Assembly (NCBI GenBank): GCA_030141605.1
Contig: JAQGDQ010000307.1
Span: 145,093 to 209,092 of the forward strand
Length of the DNA: 64,000 nucleotides
Direction of reading: 5' to 3'
DNA from: Tubiluchus corallicola
Lineage: Eukaryota > Animalia > Priapulida
Translations under genes and position numbers: made by a program
The notes under the pieces: model-generated
Databases searched by the model: none
What the model was told of the DNA's origin: nothing
The model's input: the letters and a program-made list of their open reading frames with translations, nothing else
Shown: piece by piece, positions 26,467-40,858 of the stretch
Position numbering within the stretch: the stretch's first letter is position 1
How the letters are laid out: each line of letters opens with the position of its first letter

Positions 26467-29400
26467 TCAACGACGAGTCGATGAATGATAATCCCTCTCT
26501 CTGTCTCGATCGTTACGAACACGATCATCACGCTCTCTATCTCTGTGCCGTCTTTCATCCTCGTATCTGTCTCGCTCTCGGCTACGATCGCGATACTCAC
26601 GGTCCCGAGAGCGGGAGCGATCGCGACGACTGGACTTCTCACGACGTCGCTCACGATCTCTGGATCTGTCTCGGCTCTTGCTTCTGCAATAGCAATATAA
26701 TAATACTAGCAGTGAAACAACAAGGCATCTTTATAATGTACCAGGGCCTACATTTGTCACAACTCAATGTTCAATCACCTGTGACTAATCAATTTACTTC
26801 ACAAGTTATTATTCATGCAAAGCTGAGCATCCAAAACTAAGTAATTTATAGCTTTTTTAGCAAGTTATCAAAGCTATAAACAAATGTTAGTAGTATTTGG
26901 TGTTAAGCAAACAACCTAACAGTACTTAAGCACACAGAATATACCTACCTATCTTACAACCATAAGGGACAAGCGACTCTTAATTATACTAGGCAGTGGT
27001 AAGATTATGTAAGCATTTTGTTGGTAAACAAGGTGAATGAATACAGAAAACAATTCAAAAGAAATACTTTGGCATCTACAATGACTTCAGTCCACCACAG
27101 TCACGGAAAAATTGCCAACTATATTAAATCTCGTTATTCTACTAACCTAGAGCCGTATGACTTTTCTTCAATTCCATGCAAAGTATCCTGCAGTGATCCA
27201 ATCAGAATCTTACAGCGGTCATCTGTAGCAACTTTTGATTGCTTGATTAGGGAGATAGCTGTAACTAATGTTTCAATAGCACTGGCAAAGTCACCTGTAA
27301 GACAAATACTCTTTTGTCAACCTAAAAACAAACTGTTTTAAACCCATATGCTGTTAAAATTCAGGCTAGAAAAGAATAATGTTGAACACGTGGAACCAAT
27401 ATTAAAGAACTACACTGAACGGACAAGCTACAATAATATCACTATCTGACAAAAGTCACAATGATTATATATTGTTATTACAAATCTAATGATAGAGATG
27501 AGTCACTTAAGTAGGCACATGTAAAATTCGGTTTTTCTTGCCATTACGATGAATAACAAGTTAGGAAACTATAAATGTTCTATGATCACAGAGTGTGTTC
27601 TTGTTTACTCTCTGCAATTATCTTAAGCACCACTTATACCATCGCTTGCATCACGGGATGACACATTATGTACCACTCACCCATCCAGTTTACACTTCCT
27701 CACACTAGCAACTAAAACAGCTAACAAGAATTAAGAGAGATGCTAAACAATAACTATCGATACAGATCTCGTATGGTATCGAATCAACTCAGAAATTAGC
27801 CTAGTATAGTTAACATATCAAAACTACCCAAAAAATTATTATCATATTGATACCAAGATACCCAAATAGCAAATCGTAGGCAAGTTGCCTTAGTTTGTGC
27901 ATAGCATCACTGCTGGACAATTTCCAAGCTTTTCATGCTTTTCTACTTTTGTCGCGATTTTTGCCAGGCAAGCCTACTTAAGAATGCAACATTAGGAATA
28001 AACAGGAACTGTACTACCAAAAACGACTGCTAAATTCCCACAATACAGACAGTAAATAATTACTTGATAAAGTTTGTCTTTGATTTAGCATGTTTTTAGC
28101 ACAAGTACTAAATCAATTTACTAGACAAATATGTTGATTTTTGTGGAGTTTAAAAATGCATTGTATGGTATTATATCGTAAAAGAGTTCTAGTATCGTTA
28201 TCGTATCGTATCGTATCGACGGAAAAAAGTATTGCATTGTAAAACAGTTAGCAAATTGTTTACCACTACTACAACTATTCAAAGTATTATGCATAAAGCA
28301 TCACTCACCTACACTAGCATCAGCAACAGCTCGTGAGATGGCGCTGCTTGACACAGATTTGTTCTTCGACATTAGTTCCTCAAATTCACTGTCTGACATA
28401 GATGGCTCAGTTCTGCATCGAAAATAGTGAAAAGGAGTGACACCTAGAACTTTTTGTATGATTAAGACTAATACTTAACTACTCAGTAATGACAACACAC
28501 TATGATTAAAGGTAAAACAAATGTCATGAAAAACTTTCTACTTTAAAAAAAATTAAAAGAGAACAAGTTTATTTTTTATGGCCAAAGCAGTAAACTTTCC
28601 AACAAACCTGTCTGACTGGGTGCTTCTGTAGTCTGACTGAGTGCCAGCAGGTGGCTGAAACAGAAAAACAAAGTTATCCATTACAATCAGGGAGTAAAAA
28701 GTAGTGATACAAATACAAAAGTACTAAGTAAATGTTTGACCAAGACTTACAAACTAGTAAGTGAAGTTTCTTCTTTTTTTATGGTCAGCCAAGCTAAGCA
28801 AGTGTGACTAGCAGCAAATGTTGCACTACACTATGTTATTAGCTCTGTTCTACAAGAAAACATTACCGATTTAGAAAAAAAAAATTTGTTTTTTCACTCT
28901 GTAGTGTTTCTCAATTTGGGCTAATGAAATAAATAACTAGAAGGGCTCTCCACAGAACATAGTGCACAGTTTACTTCACATCTCAACTAATGTTAATATA
29001 GCAGTAATCTCAAAAAAGTTTTTAACCTATACTTCATTGTCTTGCTATTTCAGTGCTTCAACAAAAACATGATAATCCTGTCCTACCTCAGACTTGTAAA
29101 AATTTGTACTCATAGTTTTCTCACTAGCAAGATTTCATTGAAAAATCAAATAAATATGAAGGTAAACACAAAAACTTGGGTGACAATCTAACTCCGCCAG
29201 CATCTGTGTGGTAGAAGATAAAAACAAAATTTTAAAGAATTTTACTTTTATCGTACTGCTTTTTGCCACTTCTAAATATACATAAACAAAGGCAAATTAT
29301 TAAACAACATAAGACTTCCCAAGTAACTTACTGGTCCTTGCGGAGGAAAGAATGCAGGATTCACATGTGGTGCTGGTGGTGGCACCCCTTGTGGTGGGGG

Positions 29401-32400
29401 GATTGTTGCATGTGTTGGGGGTGGTCCACTTACTGGTGGCATTCCAAATGGAGGCATACCTACACAGGTAAAGAAACATTTAAACTGAATTGGTGTACTT
29501 GCACTGTAAACTTGTACTTAGTCATTAACAGAAATAAATGATAATAATAATAATACAAGCTCAACTTTATAAAAACTGAACTCTGTACCTGGGGGTGGTC
29601 CTCTCATGCCTGGCATCACCTGTGTGGGTGGTGGAACAGAAGCTATACAAATGAGAAAAGAGATATAAGTAATTTTTAAATGATAATATCTATCATTAAA
29701 AGTTTGAAAAATTCTGCACAAAGAATCTGACTAGAAAATAATAGCATAACACACTTTGATCATCTCAACATACTTATTATATGGCTAAGAAAAACACTTA
29801 AAAATTTTCCATGTTTACACTATAACTTGCTAAAATTTCAAGATTCCAAAGTCATTACGACATACCATTACCTGGGGGTGGACCGCCATATGGCGCCGAA
29901 GCTGGAGGATGCCTTGGATCCCAGTTAGGGCCAGGGTGACCAGGTGGCGGTGCCCTCTGATCAGGAGGTGGTCCCCGCATATGTGGCGGCGGTCCAGGTG
30001 GTGGCTGAAATATTAAATGTTTGTTGGCAAACATAGCTATATGCCTTAAACAGAAATTACACAGAATTAAGAAATACCAATTCATTTCAGTTAAATATTT
30101 CTATTTGCTAGCAACCTTTATAAACTGCTCCTTTAATGAGACAACAAACACACGTACAGATAATGAACGAAGGATTCAACAGGGTTTTTCTAATCTTCTT
30201 TTCAACAACTTCATTTAGGCAGTGGTCAACTTTCACACAAATGACACAAAACGAGGATATTACTTTGGTTACGCCAATATTCTATTTAAATTTTGCAGTG
30301 TACACGTTTCACCTTTTACTTATGAATGTAAATAACCATGTATGTTTACTTCACCGTGCTGAGATTAAGACTCACTATTGATAAGGACAAAATATTTCTA
30401 ATGAAAACAAATGTTTATGCCAGCTTACCCCTTGTGGTGGAGGTACAGGTCTTGGAGGCATACCAGGATGCCCAATACTCATTCCAGGAGGTGGCGGGCC
30501 TCTAGGTGGCCCTTGTGCACCAGGTGGTGGGCCTCTAGGCGGCGGTCCACGCGCTACAATAAATTAATAAGTAAAGGTGATAACAGTTACAAGAATTTAT
30601 ACAAATCTTCACTTAACATCAGAGACAGGTGGACTGGGAATGCTTCAGATATTCGGATCGCTAATTTTTTCCCTGAATACCAGTATGGAAATCCGGTCCG
30701 GTAAACTATAAGTATGCCAAAGTCAAATAACTGTCATATTCGGCGAAAAATATAATAAACAAACCGAATATTTCCTTACAATGCTTATAAAAATTTATCC
30801 AAAAATAGCTGATAGTAAACAGCGAACATTGCATGACAGCCGTCATCTTGCTTTCTGTAACTGTATGATATCTTAAAGAATGAGATGCACCGTCCATCGG
30901 TACACAACTCGTATCAATGTGCAATAGTGTGGCGGTGCTGTATTCGCTTATACATGATAAAATCAACGAGAACTCGAGCTAGTAAATCATTATACTATTG
31001 CAGTCTTGCATAAATACTGTTTTTGTTGAGTAGACAAAATAACCTGAACAGCCTCTAAATAAATTAAATACTTAATGCAATTAATGTTTTACAGAGCTGT
31101 CACTAGAATGTATTTCCTTTGGAAATACTTCACTTAACACCACTTCTTTTGGGACATGCTAGCATCACCAATTGAAGAAAATGACAGCAGTTACTATGTT
31201 TTTTACTATATGAGTTGAGGTTAGTTCCTATTACCATATCACAAATAAAACATTTCCAGAATGATTTAAAGTTGCTGACAGTCATCAAGGATTTTCCAGT
31301 CAAACCTGCATGTGCTCTAACATGTTCTTCAAGAAATTAATGCATAACAATAGATAAAATAGTGTTAACCCACAAAAAACTTGAATTATAACGAAATCTT
31401 GAACAATGGATTTCTGAAAGTCTTTTACAACACACTACTAGTAGTAATTCATTAATGAACAAACCAAATGTAACTACATTAACAGTAACTCCACATATAA
31501 TAACAACAGTTCGAAAAATTAAAAAAAGTTATTTACGTGGTGGACCTCCAAATCCAGGAGGTGGCCCAGGTGGGCCATGAGGGCCTCCAGGTGGACCGGG
31601 AGGTCTCATAAGACGTTGTGTAGGTGGAAATTGAGCACGACCCCGTCCTCCCATAGGCGGTCCTTGATTTCTCATTCCTCCAGGTCCTAAGTCAACCAAA
31701 ACATTAGTTTCAGTTTTATATATTTTAGAAATGCTCAGAATTCAGTTGAATGCAAAATCAGTAGTATTAAGAATTAATAAAGTTTTCTTAATATTACAAA
31801 AGTAATAATTCGACCAAAAAGCACCAAAATTTTAAAATTCTGAAAATGGCTATAAACTAGTCGCAAAAGAACTACAAAAAGAGAATTTGCATAGTACTTT
31901 TGCAAAGCTATATAAAAAATCAATACGTTTTAATATCGGAATTACTTTTCAGAAGCAAACAGTTATTTGTCAAAATTGCAAAAATTAGCAGAATTTAATC
32001 ACTATATTCAGCACTATATAACAAAATTTATCACAGCAGCAACCGATTATAAAAATGCAAGGTTAAAAAGCATGTACAAAGTCTACTGTATTTGAATCAA
32101 ATACTATCATGTTAGCATTGAATTACTTGCTGATAATACTTATCTAACTTGTACTACATCCCCTGAAACTGGTTTTCACTGCAGAAAACTCAAAATGTGA
32201 AAAATGTTTACAAGAATAATTCAACTAATAGGCTGAAGTCACTGTACAAGGTACAGTTCTAAACACTTTAGTTTTTCTTTTCAATGCTAGTAGAATTATT
32301 TGCACGACTGCAGTAGTTTCTTGAAAATAGTTTCTTAATTTATACTGTATTTACTACTAAATGATAAGCTTTCTAAATTAAGCCATTTTTTTTTAAAAGC

Positions 32401-35400
32401 AAGAAACTAGGAATAGTTCTTGTTTCTCAAAGCATTACATAATACAGAGCAACCTTAAAACATCGCATGGTAGCGCTGACATGAAACACACCTCGCTAAA
32501 ATGCAGCCAAATTTCAACAGCATTTTCAAAGTACGAGAACGTTAAAAAAAATTTTACGGCAAAGTAAACACAATACGTAATATTTCTAAGAACTATCTAT
32601 GAAAATAATGAAAGCTAAACGTCAGGAACAACTTGTTTATCACGACAAAAAAAACAGTTGAATTTTTTTTAATGTACACACTTTAATAAATAATATAAGA
32701 AAAAAGCTAAAAGTTTAGGATACAAAAAAACTAATAGGGAAATATATTTATCTTACTCTTGAATTTTTAGATAATTTACTAAAAACTGATAAAAGTGAAA
32801 AACTCGCCATGCTTGTCGGAGCGATACGAACCAGCCTGTCTGTCTCGCTCATGGTTGCGATCGCTCCCAGGATTGTCTGTCGTCTTCCTTGATTGAGCTT
32901 CAAACTGACTCAAAGCTTGTCTGTTGCAGTGTGTAACTACAGGATTCTGACCATACAACTCCCTGTAATTTAAACATTTAATGTCACTTACCCCAGTGTT
33001 GAACGCATTACAATTTATGCACTTTACTAAAATGCACCAAATTACTAATTTTATAAACACAAGGGTAAAAAAATGAAAAATGCCACAATGCTACGAAAGT
33101 CTAGGATGGCCAGTTACAAGAAATTAATTTTGTGAATAATGACTAAATTTAGTCTATTAATATGAGTATATGACTAGAATATGACTAGAACACCACTAGA
33201 ACACATGCTCAGTCTTCCAAGAACACAATAAATGAGGAAAACATCCATCAGCGAAAAGGGTATGAAAATGATTTACACGCAAAAAATTCTGTGCACATTA
33301 ATAATGTTTAGGGAATTTAATACACGAACTAAATATCATGTTTGAATAAACGTACTTTTTCGGTAGCTTTTCCATGATGAGACGTGACGATGCGTGACTG
33401 GCTAAGCTCACTACTGCAAAGCCTTTTGACTGTCCATTGGCTCTGTTTTCATAAAACTTCACTTCAACCAAGTCTCTTACACCAATTGACAAAATTGCAT
33501 CAGTTAAATCTTGGTCAGTTGTCCACTGGGAAAAGCAATAATACCAAAGATATAAAGCACTAGTGTGTGGCTTATATAAATATATAAAATTAAAGATACA
33601 TATATAGTTTCAGGAAATATAACTGTCATCTCAGAATACCTAAGTTACCAGATCCTTCAGCAATAATTGATTAGCATCAAAACAAATCTCAACAAACTAC
33701 TAAAAGTTTGGCCACACTTAAAAGATTTTTCAGCTTGCTGAAACAATGCTAGAGCTTAAAGTTCTGTCACATTTTTATTTGCATATGCCATAAAAATAGA
33801 TGCATACTATTATGAATAATATCAAAATTTAAATAAAAATGAATATTTGCAGATTTTAACATGATTTAACTTCATATAAAAAGTTAGAAATTTAAGGAAC
33901 AAAAATAACTTACACTTTAATTTTTGTTTTTACTTACATTAAAAAACTGTAAAATATATTTTCCTGTTCATACTAAATATCTAATTTTTTATTTTTACAG
34001 ACTCAATGATGAGAACATCAAGTACAAAATGTTTATTTTTGGACTCTCTCAGACAAAGTGAGTAAGTGTTAAATTTAGCTTGTATAATTTAAGTTTATAT
34101 ATGAAGTGGACAAAAATTCTCGGCACTATGGTATTTTACAAAGGGCTTATTTTTTGTGTCCAGCATGTATATAAAACAACAAACTTAAGTTTAATCTACT
34201 GGCACAAAGACTTCCAACATATGCGATTCACATGACATCCATTTTCCAAAAGAATTATATGTGTCCTATGGAATCGAGTTAAACCAAGCTTTTTTAAGAA
34301 GCAGAATTTAAGTTTCTTAGTTACAGGCTGTTTATAAAATAAATTTTCTATATAAATTGTGTCATAAAATAACCCATCAGCTAGTTAAATGATGTAACGA
34401 TTCCTTCTATAGACAATTTAAAAACACTGTAAAAAACTAACCCAAGTTAGGTTTCCAACATACAAAGGCACCCTCTTTCCAGAGAAATCAGACATTGTTG
34501 TTGTACTCTCTGATTCACTGCTCTTTGACTGTTGAATTTCTGGGGGATCAGCCTAAAAATATCAGAATTATGTTACAGTGATGCGTATGAAAGTTGTAAA
34601 CTGACTTATCTCTAAATGTCTTATTTCATGACGAGAGTGAACCATCAATTTTTGTGTCACACATAGGCCTAATAAGTAGAATTAAAGTTTTGCCAAATAC
34701 AACAATTCAATGAAATAAACAGACAGCCAAAGAATCTCATTTGTTTTAACAATTTTGTCATCAGATTACTAACAATAAAATGTCAATAACTGCAGTGACT
34801 AGTTCTGCAACAACATCATGAGTATCTTTGATGATGAAAAAGTAGTAAGATGCACAATGTGAAAACAACTCAAACTTTATGCCCTTTTTTCTCCTTTGTT
34901 CTTCTTTTATTGGCCATAGAACGCTGTAGACATTCAGTCATAAACACTTATCCCGCCTGATGCTTGTGCAAGCAACGAAAAGTGTTAAACGAGAGATTAT
35001 TAATGCTACTTTTTTGCTGTTTGAAAAATCCTGCTGCCCAGTATGTAAATAAATGCAGCTACTTATCATTACATAATAATCTCTAACTCCGCTAATTAAC
35101 CCCGACAAATTAATAGAATAATTATTTAAACTAGCTAAAACTGAACTCTATAAGCAAAGTAAACTCCCAACACCTTCTGTATGTACGCAGCCTCGCAAAA
35201 TTCCATGCTTGTCTGTAATTATAAAGTGTAGCACTAATACTTATACATTTTGAGGTATAATTCTGTGGACTAAAGTTATATAAACACCCTAACATTGTTG
35301 CAAATTGATTCGACAACAAATGAAATTAAACATAAAGATTTACTCAGCTAGACTAGCGGATTATGTGAGCAGACTGCGGAGGGTTCGTTTAAATTTATTT

Positions 35401-36016
35401 TATATTTTTAAACAAGGAGTTTAATTTGCGTATGTTACGTGGTAACCTCAATATTGTTAAATGTATATTAAAATACAATGAATGTTGTCCTCTAAAGTTC
35501 ATACTAACACAACCAGTTCTAACTCTATTAAAACCTAATACTTACTGCTTCTGCTGTTGTAGTGTCACCACCAGCTCCGCCATGACCACTTGAAGATGTT
35601 ATGACGTCGTCATATAAATCCACATTTCCGTTATAACTTTCTTCCTGAAAAGTGAAAACAGTTATTATGAACTCTCAAGTCTAGTTATATCGTCAAAAGA
35701 TTGTTAATCACAATCTCCCCAACAATACACACACGCTCAAGATAGCTTTTACACAAAGACTCGAGCAATTCATTTTTTAAGTTCTGCTACACCAGACCAT
35801 AGCAGCTCTGCCAGGGCATCATGGTTGATGAAATACCAACACGAAATTACAACGCAAAGTAGGCGTAAACGTAAAATATACAAAAAAATAAACCTTAGTA
35901 CGTAGCGACAACTTTACATTACAAAAAGAAATAATAAACATTTTAGTGAAAATCACCTGCGCAAATTCATCACCAACATCATCAGCATAAAGATCAATAT
36001 CCACCGCATCGGCCAT
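26467..36016 (-). CDS. CPSF6: Cleavage and polyadenylation specificity factor 6 (CFIm68), ~566 aa, 14 coding exons
   Basis: Exons 36016-35957, 35644-35546, 34552-34442, 33525-33356, 32962-32808, 31686-31537, 30553-30429, 30004-29872, 29642-29589, 29459-29332, 28654-28608, 28412-28309, 27294-27147, 26683-26467 (1701 nt, in frame). Motifs: [13 protein letters not shown]; [18 protein letters not shown]...[14 protein letters not shown]; Pro-rich region with [12 protein letters not shown]; [48 protein letters not shown]; RS/RD/RE tail. Confidence 0.97.
27733..28270. mobile_element. hAT-like MITE remnant in a CPSF6 intron
   Basis: Imperfect inverted ends (agagatgctaaacaat / attgtttaccactact) with subterminal atcgatac repeats on the left and (tatcg)n repeats at 28192-28219. 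Confidence 0.45.
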
Positions 36017-36159
36017 TTTTCCGTTGTTCTTTGAAGATTTTGGTGATTCGCAAAACTGTAAATGTTGATAATTCAATTCAATTCAGTTTAAATTTGACTA
36101 TAAATCCAAAGTGTACAATTGAAATAAAGTTTGATAGAGTTCAGAGTTACCGGCTATTA

Positions 36160-36192
36160 AACGCTTTGATTGACGTAAGAACCAATGAAATT
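36160..36192. promoter_or_regulatory. CPSF6 proximal promoter motifs
   Basis: TGACGTAA (CRE/ATF-like) next to CCAAT, about 160 bp upstream of the CPSF6 ATG. Confidence 0.4.
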
Positions 36193-36667
36193 TAATGCGA
36201 TTTGTTCACGAAAAGGGTACGTTTACTCTTACTTTGTGTGGAAAAAACTTAAGTTATTCATGTAGAGGATGAAAGTTACCAGTCATAGTTTTCTTTAACA
36301 TCTTTAGTAACATTATTTTCATTACGCAAAGCAATATGGCCAGATCGCCAGGAATAGAATGCTTATTAGTCTTACCAAAGAGCCTTGTACATTTTCTCCT
36401 TGGCCTATCCAATGCAATTTTACTTAATTAGCAAGCACATGAAAAAAGGGCACATTACAGTAGTTCAGAACAAAAGAGATGGTTGACTGATTGTGTTTTA
36501 AAAATAATAATTAGTAAGTCAACGACATTAAAAATTTTCATTTCTAGAACATTTTCTTTGCCAAACCACCAAATTTGCCAAAACTGACTGACGAATTGAT
36601 TAGCTTACTAACAAACTTATAAAGCAACAAACTAACTAAATCGTAGCTAGTTAGTTACGACAAACCA

Positions 36668-36790
36668 GCCATTCTTCAGGTGAACCAAAAGCAGGGTACA
36701 AGCAGGGCATCCGTTCCCCCGAGGTGAACCAGAGGCATGGTACAAGCACAGCGGCCATTCCCCCAGGTAAAACAGAGGCAGGGTACAAGT
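36668..36790. repeat. Tandem repeat, ~3 copies of a ~43-bp unit
   Basis: aggtgaaccaaaagcagggtacaagc / aggtgaaccagaggcatggtacaagc / aggtaaaacagaggcagggtacaagt. Confidence 0.8.
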
Positions 36791-38150
36791 CTTGTTCTGT
36801 TCTGTTCTCTCCTGTTTACTGGTTACATTTCATTCAACCCTAACTTTACACATATTCAAGTTTAAATATAAAGTAATTGTTTCCATTCCAAAAGTTATTT
36901 CCGAAACATACTTAGGAAATTTACACTAGTATATCGGATGCATACAATGTAAGTTCAAGAAAGCTGAGAGCGATGAGAGAAAGATGGGGGGGAGAGAGAA
37001 ATTGAAAGAGACACAGGGACACAGACAGACAGAGAAAGAGAGAGATTTGATTTTTTATTTAAGTTTTTATTTCAAGGTTTATAGCATAAAACATTTAAAT
37101 ATTGTACAACAATAAATAAAAACTCACACACATGAATTCACTATGTTATAATAATATTGCTTATGCTAAAGTTAAAAAATACTTCGAGAATTTGGCACCC
37201 TTTAGGCAAGTGCCTATAGTGGTAGTGGTAGAGCCGAACCTGATCTTTGGTGTGGGAGAGGACATGCGGGCTCACAAAATGCTTTTAAACTATTTAAATT
37301 TTTTGTAACAAAAGAAAAAATATTATTATTTCATGAGTATGAAAGGACCACAATGAGAAAAGCTATTACTGAAATCAGGACCACGAATTAGTATACCGTG
37401 CGCGCTAATTTGTGTCTGTATATTATTTCTACGAATGTTCAGTTCTCCTGGAAGTCACAAATCCAACTCCTCATTCTCTGCAAAAAACGAGATCAACACT
37501 GCTTAACTTGGAAGCGTGAAAGTACTTTCAGGTTACACCCCACCCATAAGTGACGACACCAAACTTTGGTTTCTTTCATGAGGTATATGTTATAATGTAT
37601 TTTCTTCAACTATGAAATATGCTTTCCATTGATGGATAGAAATTTTGTTAATTTTAAATTCTGCATTTTAATAACGTATAATAGTTGTTATCCTAAATTA
37701 CGTTTTAATTCTCGGTTACCTAGGTCTTAGATCAATTATTGTAACTCTTGGCTTCAATATCTCTGCTAACTACTGTTGTATTTGCATGTAAAATGTGTTT
37801 GAGCAAAATGATTAACAAGCTTTGAAATTGACAGCTAGTCTTGAGCAACTATAAATTAGAAAAATTGAATATTGAATTGAATCTACGTCGCCTTGATTCT
37901 AAAACACACTAAGCATTCCATGAATATAGTATTATGATCTAACATTAGTTAAATTACTACACTAGTTGTACTAACGCTTCTGCTATTACTGTTTTTGTGT
38001 TATACTAGATATTGTTTAAATAAGATGCTAATGTAAACATCTGTTTCATTGATTCAAAGTGCTACTCACAAAAACTGTATTGTTGGGGTGAAAGACCGGA
38101 AAGTGCAAAGTTGGTTTACTCATCTTAATTGTTATAATTTTCATCATTAA

Positions 38151-40858
38151 GAACGAGTCCGCGAGAGCACCATGCAGGGGGTGGCACATGAGGGGTGACG
38201 AATTTATATCATTTTTTTCTAACATGAAGGGCGACCCCCCAAAACCATGTAACCAAGATATCAAATCGGTCGAGCTACTATTAGCAGAGAAATGACCACA
38301 TCAAGAAATTGACCTCAAAAGAGGCAAAAAATCGCTATTTTGGGGGGTTATTTTAACTTTTTCTCCTGTAGAAACTATTATAGACGGGTCGATGTAAGTT
38401 GGCTGATACATAGACCCAGACATTGTCTTCTGATATCCTAACTTTTTCTGACATACTATTAATAGTATCAGAGAACGGGATTTTTCAAATTCGGCTCTTT
38501 GTTAAGAGTCCCGGGAGAGGTTAAGTTGTAAGGCTCATAACTCGCCCGCTGCGGGGCTACAGAACTTCCGGTTTTCATGTATGTGTTGACCATCATCCTC
38601 ACTAATAATATAAAAAAGAAAAGTCGCTGGAGCCTGTTTGAGTATTTAGTACTGGCACTTTAAAATTTCACAAAAATCAGCAAACTTCGGTGTTTTTGTA
38701 GTTTTTCAATATTTTTTCTATCTATATGCTGGATTATAAGTGACAAATCTGTATTCTAAATTTCATGAAAACGCACGAGCTGAGATAATATCATGAATGA
38801 CATTATATAGAGGGGCACTGTTAGAAAAAATTGCCATATCAACACACTTTTTTGCTTTCCATAGTAATTCCGTCCATGTGTAAAAAGCAGACATACTTGG
38901 CTCACGTCGTATATGACAGTAGACATTTAGCCACGTTTAACCTGCATTTTCTGTGACTAGTGCTCTCATTTCCTAGTAGCAATAGATTCCTTTGCCATGG
39001 AAATTGCTAGAAATTTGCGAATTTCATCTTAAATTGATTTAGTTATGTCGGAATTTTCATATGACTACAAATATGAATAATTGCCTCTTCTGGTGGATTT
39101 CAGGACAGGACATCATGCATGCCCCTAGTACCGAGTTCGACCCTGATTCAGGGAATTCTCTACACACTGAATCGCTAGCGGATACCAGGAAAGACTAAAC
39201 AATAAGCCCTCTAATAGAAAAGAAGTGCCGATTGTTAAGCTTGAGAGTCATTGCTAGCGAAAGAGTCTGACAACACTTGGTATATACATATAAATTAGAA
39301 ATCCGTTCATTTTTATACATATGTTCATTTTTTATACTTTTTATATGAATAAGCTTCATGGCTATACATAGAAGATTATGAATATCAGTACAAAAATGAA
39401 AAACTACAAAACTCAGTCAGAATTAATTTCTCTAAGTCCAAAATACTCTTCCTATTGCAGCAGCATAATCCTATCACTGAAGAGTAGTACATGTAATCAA
39501 AACCATGACATCTAAATAATAGAGAAAGAATTATCGATGCAGGTAGATTAGCACTAGAAGATAGATACAGAAATATAGACAAATATCATGGGGAAAGTGA
39601 TGAAGCGAAAATCTTACAGTCTAAACATGAGACAATATAAGCGCATGGGCGCTTCTAGGGGGATGGCGGTGATATTTAGCTCAGAAAATTTTTCTTCGCC
39701 CAAAATTTATTTCCGGCACAAAATCGATACTTCTGACAAAAATATTAATAGTGCGATTGAAAGATTTCGCGAATGGCACAAAAACTTTCAATGTTTTACA
39801 GTCAAAAAATCACCGGACAAATGATATTTTGGGGGAAGTCTGTCCCATATTTTTTGGGCATTCGCTCAGATTTAGGGCAATTTTCTTTGTGTCCTGGCTT
39901 GTACGCCTATGTAAGACAATGAGTAATAACTAGGTAATAACTATTTCCAGTCCTTGCAAGAAGCAATTTCCATTCCGTAGATATTTCATTTTTTTGAAGA
40001 TGGAAGCGCTCTAAATGCGGTCCAGTGTATTTAGTACAGGCTAATAGATTCACAATATTCGTTTCGTGTGGATAACTAGTCAGAATACCGCATTTAACGC
40101 TGGTAAACAGCCCAGAAAACGAACATTTTAGTTCAGCAGTGGCCGCCATCTTGAATGTTGGAGTCCAATCCTGTCAGTAGTTTAACCAATGTGCTGACCA
40201 GGCCCCTAGTTGCCAAAGATGAATATTTATGACGTTTTGAAGTATTTTGACAAGATTTGACAACTCATGTTTATCTACACGAAGCTTCTTGATGAAGGTT
40301 GTTACCTATATTTTCACCCTGATATATGCTTCTTTCAGAGGTCATTTATAATAGGGTGGAAATTCGCTCCAACGAAATTGTCACTACAGCATAGTGGGAT
40401 GGGATGCTCTATTCACGTACATATCGATATTTTTGTCCCCGCCTCCACAGTGGGTGAGATATAAGACTTTGAAATGACTGAGTATTTGCATCTTGTGCGT
40501 AATGCGAGCTTAAAGACCCCCAGTAGAGCCGAAAGAGGGGGGTTTGGGACAAAAGTCGAAATGTCATTTTGGAGAAGATAACAAGATCCAATACTATGCA
40601 GAGTCAGATCTATTCAAACTCAGTGGTTGCTGCATGGCTAATCCTTCAAATATGAGTAAAAAATAGCGAAAAATAGGTATTTTTTCATGAAAATCGGTCT
40701 ATGCCGTACCTCTGCTACTATGAGGAGTTGGACCAAACGGATTTACATAGTGAATGCTAGTGACCAGTGGACCTCGTACCCGAACTTTGGTCCGAATCGG
40801 TAACCTAGCCTTGTGCTGGAATTTTTCGATTTTGCATGGACTTCTCGCGGATGCGTTC
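38151..40858. mobile_element. Non-autonomous TTAA-specific DNA transposon (Kolobok-like), 2.7 kb
   Basis: TTAA at 38147-38150 and 40859-40862. The 26-bp TIRs GAACGAGTCCGCGAGAGCACCATGCA and (reverse complement) GAACGCATCCGCGAGAAGTCCATGCA match at 21/26. Purine-purine termini fit Kolobok rather than piggyBac (CCY). No transposase ORF; interior is CpG-richer than the flanks. Confidence 0.8.
39085..39295 (+). mobile_element. tRNA-derived SINE-like insert inside the TTAA element
   Basis: A-box-like TGGTGGATTTCAGG (~39091) and B-box-like GAGTTCGACCC (~39133) at tRNA-like spacing, then a body and an AT-rich tail. No full cloverleaf. Confidence 0.4.

Noticed and set aside
26427-26840. ORF-track proteins over the CPSF6 last coding exon
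   Set aside because: Alternative-frame or antisense shadows of the RS-domain exon.
39085-39160. tRNA gene
   Set aside because: A/B-box-like motifs only; no acceptor stem or cloverleaf, so treated as SINE-like.
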